Source: Minisyncoccota bacterium
GTDB lineage: Bacteria > Patescibacteriota > Minisyncoccia > Phycocordibacterales > UBA9973
Reading direction: 5' to 3'
Length of the DNA stretch: 64,000 nucleotides
Assembly (NCBI GenBank): GCA_028718635.1
Contig: JAQULK010000001.1
Location: forward strand, 88,626-152,625
The first letter of the stretch is position 1, and each line of letters starts with the position of its first letter. A program made the position numbers and the translations under genes. The notes under the pieces were generated by a model, which was not told the origin of the DNA, made no database searches, and saw only the letters and a program-made list of their open reading frames with translations. Of the stretch, positions 57,038 through 64,000 are shown in pieces.

Positions 57038-59549
57038 AGGTCAAATTAGTTTCATTGCTATTTGAAACAGTATCATAAGAAATCAATTTCAATTCATTAT
57101 CACCTTGCACGGCTTCCAATTCATTTGGTATGAAGGAAAAATTAAAAGGAGATTTTATGGTTTCTAAATAAACTCCATTTATAAAAACATCTATCCTTTG
57201 TAAAGGATAAACTCCAGAACTTGAAATTTTTAAATTTATTTTTTGATCCGGTGAATAATTTGTCGTATCATTTGGTTCCAAAATCAAAACTTTTGGTTTT
57301 GATGAGAGAGTGTGCACATTATCAGATGCAGTTGGTTTTTCACCCCAAGTTGTTATTGGATATTTCCCTTTATTTTGGGCCCACCAATTCTGTATTGGTA
57401 TTTCCCAATGGCTGAATTGGTAATCATTATTTGGATTCGATGGCGATGGCCCTAAAATGTTATTTCGATCCACCCAATATAAAATTGAATGTACATTTGT
57501 TATTACTTTTTCCTGCATAGTTTCTTTTGGGGTATTAGGAGTGGCTAAAAGACCAGAAATTTTATCTATAAAAAAGTTTTCATTTCCGAGCCATTGTCCT
57601 CGGAGAACAGGTTTTACTTTAGTCGGGTCGGTACTAAGATCTGGTTTTTCAAACGTTTCATTTGGAAGTGTTGCGAGGGCGGTGGTCATAAATTTATTCC
57701 AAATCGGCCCTGCCACTGCCGCGCCTCCCTTTTTCATTGGCTTATTGTCATTATTTCCAGCCCAAACACCCACCACAATAGACGGGGAATACCCAATAGT
57801 CCAGGCGTCCTTGTTGTTATTTGTAGTTCCAGTTTTAACTGCTACATCTCTGTTGGGAATATACAAAACAGAATGTACTCCAAAAGTCGGTTGGCGAGCT
57901 TTTTCATCTGAAAGAATATTTGAAATAGTTAAAGCGGTATTTTTGGGTAAAATTTCTTGGGTTTTAGGTTGAAATTCTTCTAAGACTTTGCCATGAGAAT
58001 CTTCAACCTTCAATATCCCAGTGTATGAATTTTTTATGCCGTTGTTTGCAAATACCCCATAAGCTGAGGTCATATCTAAAAGCGAAACTTCCCCGCCTCC
58101 AATAACAAGAGTAAGACCATACTGATTTATATCTTTTAAAGTACCGATACCCATATTTTCTGCTGTTTTTAGAGAATCAGAAAGTCCAGCTAAGTAGAAA
58201 AGTTTTACCGCGATAATGTTGATTGATTGGGCCAATGCATCTCGCAGACTCATTGGTCCGCGAAATTTTCCATCATAATTGTCTGGCATATAACAATCAC
58301 TTTGATTGTGTCCTGGGAGAGCTTTTCCATAAGCGTTACAGGTTGATTGAAATTCTGTTGGCAGGTCAAACAACACAGTGTTCGGAGTAAAGCCCTTATT
58401 GAAGGCCGTAGCATAAATAAAAGGCTTAAAAGACGATCCAGGCTGTCGAGTGGCAGTCGTTATGTTGAAATTTCCATCTATGTTTTTATCAAAATAATCT
58501 CTAGAGCCTACCATTGCTAAAATTTGTCCTGTTTTTGGGTCTTCCGCTACCAGTCCCGCATTGCTCCCATTCCAATCTTTTTCGTTTTGTAATGCTCCAT
58601 CTTTTACAATTTGTTCTGCCTTGTCTTGTAAATCCGCATTTAGGGTGGTAGTAACTTTCAGTCCGCCATTTTCCACTACATCAGTCCCGTATTTTTGCTC
58701 CAAATAATCCTTGATCCAAAAAACAAAATGCGGCGCTCTGATACCCATAATAGCTTGCGGAGCAAAAGTCACCACTTCGCTCTTTGCTTGGTCGTATTCT
58801 TCTTTTGTAATAAACCCAAGTTCTAATTCTCTAGAGAGCACTAAATTTTTTCGAGCATCCAGACTGGCCCTGTTTTTTCCATACGGAGAAAGTTTCGATG
58901 GAGAATTTGGAATAGATGCCAAATAAGCAGCTTCCGCTATCGTTAAATCAACTGCGTTTTTATTGAAATAAGTTTTACTGGCGGTTTGTATGCCATAAAC
59001 AGTTCCCCCATAGGGAATTTCATTTAAATAAGCCTCGAGGATTTTATCCTTTGGCATAGAGTTATCTATCTTGATTGCCAAAACCCATTCTTTTATTTTT
59101 CGGATATAGCTTCGATTTGTTGTTAAAAGAGTATTTTTTACCAATTGCTGAGTTATAGTCGAACCGCCTCCGCCTATCCCAATGTGAAAGATGTTGGAAA
59201 AAAGAGCTCTAATCGTGGAAGTTATCTTAACCCCGCCATGAGTGTAAAATTGGGCATCTTCTATAGCAACTGTTGCATTTTTTATATTTGAACCCATTTG
59301 TTCAAAAGGTATTTCAGTTCTTTTTATATCTTGGTGGATGTCATAAAGTAAAATTTCTCCTGTGCGATCGTATATCTGGGTAGAATTCATAATTTTTCTT
59401 GCTTCAAAAGCATGGAAATCAGGGATTCTCAAAGAAGATAGTAAAATAACAAGTATTCCAAATAAAAAAATAAAAAGACCGCCGCTCAACAGTAGTATAT
59501 TTCTGAACAATCTTTTGTTTTTATACAACTTTTTCAATTTCCTCCACAT
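57021..59549 (-). CDS. class A penicillin-binding protein
   Basis: AIED..F, GGSTITQQL, RQPGSSFKP, S.N, KTGT; start MWRK at 59549. Confidence 0.95.
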   Translation of the reverse strand: MWRKLKKLYKNKRLFRNILLLSGGLFIFLFGILVILLSSLRIPDFHAFEARKIMNSTQIYDRTGEILLYDIHQDIKRTEIPFEQMGSNIKNATVAIEDAQFYTHGGVKITSTIRALFSNIFHIGIGGGGSTITQQLVKNTLLTTNRSYIRKIKEWVLAIKIDNSMPKDKILEAYLNEIPYGGTVYGIQTASKTYFNKNAVDLTIAEAAYLASIPNSPSKLSPYGKNRASLDARKNLVLSRELELGFITKEEYDQAKSEVVTFAPQAIMGIRAPHFVFWIKDYLEQKYGTDVVENGGLKVTTTLNADLQDKAEQIVKDGALQNEKDWNGSNAGLVAEDPKTGQILAMVGSRDYFDKNIDGNFNITTATRQPGSSFKPFIYATAFNKGFTPNTVLFDLPTEFQSTCNAYGKALPGHNQSDCYMPDNYDGKFRGPMSLRDALAQSINIIAVKLFYLAGLSDSLKTAENMGIGTLKDINQYGLTLVIGGGEVSLLDMTSAYGVFANNGIKNSYTGILKVEDSHGKVLEEFQPKTQEILPKNTALTISNILSDEKARQPTFGVHSVLYIPNRDVAVKTGTTNNNKDAWTIGYSPSIVVGVWAGNNDNKPMKKGGAAVAGPIWNKFMTTALATLPNETFEKPDLSTDPTKVKPVLRGQWLGNENFFIDKISGLLATPNTPKETMQEKVITNVHSILYWVDRNNILGPSPSNPNNDYQFSHWEIPIQNWWAQNKGKYPITTWGEKPTASDNVHTLSSKPKVLILEPNDTTNYSPDQKINLKISSSGVYPLQRIDVFINGVYLETIKSPFNFSFIPNELEAVQGDNELKLISYDTVSNSNETNLTFKVSL

Positions 59550-59589
59550 TGGTCGAATTATAGCAGAAAATGTGTTAGAATCCAGAAAC

Positions 59590-60786
59590 ATGAAGATAAT
59601 TACAGATGAAAAAAAAATAGATGAAATTTTAACACGAGGGGTGGAAGATGTTTTTGTAAAAGAAGATTTAAGAAAAAAACTTCTTTCTGGAAAACGATTA
59701 AGAATTAAGCTTGGGATTGATCCAACTAGTCCTTTTATTCATCTCGGCAGAGCGGTAACACTTCTCAAACTTAAGGCTTTTCAAGACTTAGGTCATCATA
59801 TCGTTCTCATTATCGGTGATTTTACTGCAAAAATTGGAGACCCTTCAGATAAATTAGAAAAAAGACCAATGCTAACTGATAAACAAATAAAAAGCAATTT
59901 AAAAAAATATCTAGAACAAATTTCTCTCATCTTGGATATGAAAAATGTGGAAGTCAGATATAACTCAGAATGGTTGAAAGGAATGAGTATACCGGAAATA
60001 GGTCAACTTTTGGAATGTTTTACTGTTCAGCAAATGACAAAAAGAAGAAATTTCAAAAAAAGATTAGATGCAGGTGAAGATGTTTTTATGGTTGAGTTTA
60101 TGTATCCTGCTTTACAGGGCTACGATAGCGTAGCTGTTAAAGCAGATGTTGAAATTGGCGGATTTGATCAGCTTTTCAATTTAAAAGCTGGAAGAATAGT
60201 TCAAAGAAGATACGGCCAAAAAGAACAAGATATTATGGTTCTCTCAATGCTTGAAGGAACAGACGGGCGCAAAATGTCTTCGTCTTGGGGAAATATAATT
60301 TCTGTTATTGATTCTCCGGACGAAATGTTTGGGAAAATTATGTCTTTAAAAGATGAACTTATTACTAAATATTTTTTACTTACAACAGATATGAGTTTAG
60401 AAGAGATAAATAAAGTAGAAGATTCTTTAAAAAACGGAGAAAATCCGATGAAGTTCAAAAAAATACTAGCAAAAAAAATTATTTCTTTTTATCATTCTAA
60501 AAAAGATGCTGAAAAAGCCGAAGAGAATTTTGTGAATACTTTTCAGAAAAAGGAGATTCCAGAGGAAATGGAAGAAATAAAATGCGAAAAGGGAGATTTT
60601 TTGAGCGAGGTTTTGGTGAAAAATAAAATTTTAGCTTCCAAAGGAGAATGGCGAAGGCTTGTAGAAGGGAATGCAATTCATGATTTAACCAAACACAGCA
60701 ATATCACTGATCAAAATATAAAAATATCAGAAAATCTAACACTTAAAATTGGAAAGAAAAGATTTGTAAAAATAGTTCTTAAATAA
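59590..60786 (+). CDS. tyrS: tyrosine--tRNA ligase
   Basis: GIDPT..HLG, GGFDQ.FN, KMSSS; start MKIITD at 59590. Confidence 0.96.
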   Translation: MKIITDEKKIDEILTRGVEDVFVKEDLRKKLLSGKRLRIKLGIDPTSPFIHLGRAVTLLKLKAFQDLGHHIVLIIGDFTAKIGDPSDKLEKRPMLTDKQIKSNLKKYLEQISLILDMKNVEVRYNSEWLKGMSIPEIGQLLECFTVQQMTKRRNFKKRLDAGEDVFMVEFMYPALQGYDSVAVKADVEIGGFDQLFNLKAGRIVQRRYGQKEQDIMVLSMLEGTDGRKMSSSWGNIISVIDSPDEMFGKIMSLKDELITKYFLLTTDMSLEEINKVEDSLKNGENPMKFKKILAKKIISFYHSKKDAEKAEENFVNTFQKKEIPEEMEEIKCEKGDFLSEVLVKNKILASKGEWRRLVEGNAIHDLTKHSNITDQNIKISENLTLKIGKKRFVKIVLK

Positions 60787-60819
60787 AAAACAACTAGGTC
60801 TGACCTAGTTGTTTTTTTT
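60785..60819. terminator. bidirectional intrinsic terminator
   Basis: aaaaaacaactaggtc-t-gacctagttgttttttt. Confidence 0.85.
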
Positions 60820-60829
60820 GTATTATACT

Positions 60830-60961
60830 TTATCTATCCCTGTCCGGATCCTCTTCATCCAGTCCGAAATCACTTATATCATCATCAAGCATATCTAGCG
60901 GTTCGTCTTCGTCTGCTCCAAACTTGAAGTTATCTCTTATTTCTTCATCCTCATCGTACAT
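60830..60961 (-). CDS. 43-aa highly acidic peptide (not in ORF track)
   Basis: MYDEDEEIRDNFKFGADEDEPLDMLDDDISDFGLDEEDPDRDR*; followed by a terminator. Confidence 0.7.
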   Translation of the reverse strand: MYDEDEEIRDNFKFGADEDEPLDMLDDDISDFGLDEEDPDRDR

Positions 60962-60978
60962 AAAAATTTATTTTCTTG

Positions 60979-61008
60979 TCCCGTAGTGAATTTATTCTAC
61001 TACTGGGA
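60979..61008. repeat. short tcccgtagtg...ctactggga element
   Basis: near-identical to 17706-17736. Confidence 0.8.
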
Positions 61009-61077
61009 TTATTATTACCTGCTAATGCCTACTTTGTATCAAAATATAAAAAGCTTGGCAATAGCAAATGTGGATAA

Positions 61078-61210
61078 CCCCCACACCTTTCTTGATATCA
61101 CTTTTTATTCTTTAAATAAAACGTTAAGCAGGATAGTTTTTTAAGAGAAAATATTAATAAAATAATATTTTTACTGAAAAAGTAGAATAATATCAAGAAA
61201 GGTGTGGGGG
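61078..61210. mobile_element. non-coding CCCCCACACC-TIR element at a DnaA box
   Basis: 21-bp perfect TIR cccccacacctttcttgatat; TGTGGATAA 61069-61077; GATAAC on both sides. Confidence 0.88.
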
Positions 61211-61214
61211 ATAA

Positions 61215-61724
61215 CTAAAACTTTATGTGTGCAAAGGCTGTCAGAGCTATAGCGATAGCATCCAATTCATCATCAGATGTTTTTATTTTATCTATATCCA
61301 CCAAAATTTTTACCATTTTTATTATTTGTTCTTTGTTGGCTTTTCCATAGCCAGTAGTGGCAATTTTTATTTGGGGAGGAGAAGCTTCAAATATTTTTAG
61401 TCCTGCACAGGAGGCTTCGTATATCACTACTCCGCGCGCTTCAGCGACCTTCATCACTGTCTTATGATTAGTATTTAAAAATAAAGTTTCAATAGCTAAA
61501 ATTTCTGGTTTGTATTTGCTAATTACTTTATTGACCTCTGTGCCTATTAAATGTAAACGCTCACTAAATTCTAATTTAGCCGGAGTCTTAAAACATTTGG
61601 AAAAAATTACTTTTTCCTTACCCTGAAGTCCCCGCCTGCCGGATGGGCAGGTTGCCTCAGTGGTTCGTTCTAGCACTGCTATTCCCAATCGCTCATATCC
61701 TGGATCTATCCCTAAAATCATCAT
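61215..61724 (-). CDS. ruvC: Holliday junction resolvase with palindromic insertion
   Basis: ILGIDPG, AIE, EARGV, DAIAIA; insert 61621-61663. Confidence 0.95.
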   Translation of the reverse strand: MMILGIDPGYERLGIAVLERTTEATCPSGRRGLQGKEKVIFSKCFKTPAKLEFSERLHLIGTEVNKVISKYKPEILAIETLFLNTNHKTVMKVAEARGVVIYEASCAGLKIFEASPPQIKIATTGYGKANKEQIIKMVKILVDIDKIKTSDDELDAIAIALTAFAHIKF

Positions 61725-61803
61725 CCCGTTAGAAGCAGGTCGCGGTCAGACCGTGACTACTTAAATTAATATTATTAAAATTGCGACCGCGGCTTCTAAC
61801 GGG
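61725..61803 (-). mobile_element. family A element splitting the ruvB/ruvC junction
   Basis: ATGAT-tcccgttagaag...cttctaacggg-ATGAT; 26-aa mini-ORF 61809-61729. Confidence 0.9.
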
Positions 61804-61805
61804 AA

Positions 61806-62828
61806 TCATAATAATTTTTCTTGATTTTTCTTAACATCAAAATCCAAATGCTCATAAGCTTTATTTGTGGCTATTCTTCCGCGGGCGGTGCGCTCTAGTA
61901 AACCTAGCTGGATTAGATATGGCTCGATGACTTCTTCTACGGTCGCTTCTTCTTCCGACATTGCCGCAGCAATAGTTTTCAACCCCACTGGTCCGCCATT
62001 AAATTTCTCAATTAATATTTCTAAAAATTTTCTATCAGAAGAATTCAAGCCGATATCATCAATGGCGAGCATATTTAGCGCATCTCTCACGGTTTTCTGG
62101 TTCAAAAGTTTTTTATTATTCTTCTCATATACCTGAGCAAAATCCCGACAGCGTTTCAAAAAGTAATTTGCTGTGCGGGGAGTAAATCTGCTTCTCTTGG
62201 CTATTTCTTTTAGAGCATCTTCATCTAAAACTATTTTTAAAAGATTGCTTGATCTTTTTACTATTTCTCCAATTTCTTCATTGGAATAAAATTCCAATCT
62301 AAAAACTCCGCCGGAGAAACGGGAACGAAGCGGAGAAGAAACCATTGCTACTCTGGTAGTCGCCGCGATCAAAGTAAAAGGTGGCAAGTCGAGCTGGATG
62401 GTGCGCGCCGAAGGACCTTTGCCGATGATAATATCTAAAACCCCGGACTCCATCGCAGGGTAAAGTATTTCCTCAACCATTTTATTGAGCCGATGAATTT
62501 CGTCGATAAAAAGAATATCGCCAGACGCTAAATTTGTCAGGATGGAAGCCAAGTCGCCAACTTTTTCAATTGCCGGACCAGAAGTGATTTTCATCTGTCT
62601 GCCTGTCTCTTTGGCAATTAAATGCGCTAAGGTAGTTTTTCCCAATCCTGGAGGTCCGTAAAAAAGAATGTGTTCGGGGGTGTGTCCGCGTTCAAGAGCC
62701 GCCCGCAACAAGATTTTTACATTGTCTTTTATGTGTTTTTGGCCGATATATTCATTCCACTTCGTGGGGCGGAGAGTCTGATCTAGAAAAGAGTCATCTG
62801 TTGTTTCTTTTTTTATGTCTTTATTCAT
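61806..62828 (-). CDS. ruvB: Holliday junction helicase
   Basis: LRP, GPPGLGKTT, FIDEIHRL, PLRSRF, EPYL. Confidence 0.97.
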   Translation of the reverse strand: MNKDIKKETTDDSFLDQTLRPTKWNEYIGQKHIKDNVKILLRAALERGHTPEHILFYGPPGLGKTTLAHLIAKETGRQMKITSGPAIEKVGDLASILTNLASGDILFIDEIHRLNKMVEEILYPAMESGVLDIIIGKGPSARTIQLDLPPFTLIAATTRVAMVSSPLRSRFSGGVFRLEFYSNEEIGEIVKRSSNLLKIVLDEDALKEIAKRSRFTPRTANYFLKRCRDFAQVYEKNNKKLLNQKTVRDALNMLAIDDIGLNSSDRKFLEILIEKFNGGPVGLKTIAAAMSEEEATVEEVIEPYLIQLGLLERTARGRIATNKAYEHLDFDVKKNQEKLL

Positions 62829-62844
62829 ATGGGTTTTTGGTTGA

Positions 62845-62894
62845 TCCCGTTAGAGGCCGCGAGGGCTCGCAGCGACCCTCTGCCTCTAACGGGA
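62845..62894 (+). repeat. family A element upstream of ruvB
   Basis: identical to metK 14448-14497. Confidence 0.95.
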
Positions 62895-62923
62895 TTGACA
62901 TTGATTTTATTATATGCTATATT
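62895..62923 (+). promoter_or_regulatory. sigma70 promoter TTGACA-17-TATATT
   Basis: extended TG; points to a non-coding structured region; three (t/g/c)TATCAACA at 62939-62970. Confidence 0.7.
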
Positions 62924-63039
62924 GTGAGCGTAGTACATTTATCAACAGGGTATCAACATAGCTATCAACATTATAGCATTTGCTTGATTAAGCATATAGT
63001 ATAATTACAAAAGAGAAAGTTTTTGTTGATATTTAAATA

Positions 63040-63190
63040 AGGCATTAATCTCTAAGCAATCAGCCATAGGTTATATGAATTTGCGTAGGACGTTTTGGGG
63101 CTTTAATTAGTTTCTGGAGCTATCCTATAATATTTTATTACTTTCGGAGCTCAGCTCTGAAAGGATTGTTTAGAGATTAATGCTTTTTTT
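63040..63190 (+). ncRNA. candidate 6S-like or other structured ncRNA
   Basis: 20-bp closing stem, central bubble, apical G-U-rich stem, U-tract. Confidence 0.5.
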
Positions 63191-63194
63191 GTTC

Positions 63195-63860
63195 TTATTT
63201 TTCTTTTTTATTCGCTTCTCTGTGCAATAGAGAGAACAAAGCGACAGTCTGCCCGAAATCTTTTTCGGCAACGATAAAAATTAATTCAGTAGGCGTGGAA
63301 ACTAGTTCTTCCAAATTGATCCGGGCGCGAGCAGTGACGGAAAGAAGCGAGAAGAAAACATTTGGCATTTCAAAAACTTCCGGACCGTACGAAACTCCAA
63401 TAGCAGCCAGATTGTGATTGATAATTTTTGGTTTCACTTTAAAATGCTTCAAAATTTTATTTTCTAAATTGGAGGAGCATATAATATCAACCTCGGCAGT
63501 ACCGATAGTGGTGGTAAAAAAATCTTCCTGAGATACGGATATATTTTTGTGAAGCGATTCGAGTTCTTCTATAAGCTTGAGAGTGTTCTCGTAGATTATC
63601 TCCGACAAGGGGAGCTTTGTAGTAATATTTTTTATTGGAACATCCCAAATAAGAGGATGTTCTTTTTTTAATTCTTTTCGAATGCGTGATAAAGAAACAA
63701 CCAAACTGGTAATAGTTACTTGTTTTTTAGTAAGTGCTTCGACTCTCGGACGGATGCGGTGCGCATAACTGCTCATGTTCATATAACCATTCGAAAGAGC
63801 GATGGAAGCTTCCAGCTCTTTTAGTACAATATCTTGCACAATGGGTTGTATTTTGATCAT
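63195..63860 (-). CDS. hypothetical protein, probable HTH + ACT-like domain
   Basis: 221 aa; N.SSYA..I, C-terminal INL.ELVST.TELIFIV. Confidence 0.7.
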   Translation of the reverse strand: MIKIQPIVQDIVLKELEASIALSNGYMNMSSYAHRIRPRVEALTKKQVTITSLVVSLSRIRKELKKEHPLIWDVPIKNITTKLPLSEIIYENTLKLIEELESLHKNISVSQEDFFTTTIGTAEVDIICSSNLENKILKHFKVKPKIINHNLAAIGVSYGPEVFEMPNVFFSLLSVTARARINLEELVSTPTELIFIVAEKDFGQTVALFSLLHREANKKEK

Positions 63861-64000
63861 ATTTATAATTCTAACAGATTTTACAAAAAGTCAAAATCTT
63901 TAAGTAAATGTTAAAAAATTTAGTGTTATTAAACTAAGCTGTCATTATATTAATGTAATAGGAAGTATTTATGTATAAAAAGATAGTTAAAAAAATAGTC

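Noticed and set aside
59362-59591. Overlapping N-terminal extensions of tyrS and PBP, and extensions of clpP, hup, pnp, NYN-2, the REase and GIY-YIG 30919
   Set aside because: Downstream ATGs match family N-termini; the extensions run through promoters, leaders or repeats.
1-64000. CRISPR array
   Set aside because: Repeats are dispersed palindromes, not regularly spaced direct repeats with spacers; no cas genes seen.
1-64000. Alternative genetic code (TGA=Gly)
   Set aside because: Conserved genes are uninterrupted in code 11, and TGA ends xth, yraN, dnaN and ruvB.

Overview
AT-rich chromosomal segment of a Patescibacteria/CPR bacterium (Parcubacteria-like; inference from gene content, standard code 11) spanning the replication origin (jag-yidC-yidD-rnpA-rpmH <> dnaA-dnaN). 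It also holds pyrimidine genes, clpP with a membrane-anchored Clp ATPase, rny, HU, a lexA-linked type II R-M system, metK, pnp, four tRNAs, a parS-like cluster, pcrA, rsmA, a CPR-type T4SS-like locus, tyrS and ruvBC. The main observation is a dense set of palindromic micro-elements, about 40 copies in at least 5 families. About 20 are translated in-frame inside housekeeping proteins. Two families each have one long copy whose terminal inverted repeats and flanking duplication enclose only an ~85-aa GIY-YIG nuclease gene (44981-45256 and 30927-31279). The CCCGTTAGA family often sits at start codons, and three copies carry a mini-ORF ending TAA-cggg-ATG that would keep operons translationally coupled. 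Both long copies of the CCCCCACACC family sit at perfect DnaA boxes. This points to a candidate GIY-YIG-mobilised REP/MITE system; mobilisation by the nuclease is inference, not shown. All coordinates were read by eye and may be off by a few bases.
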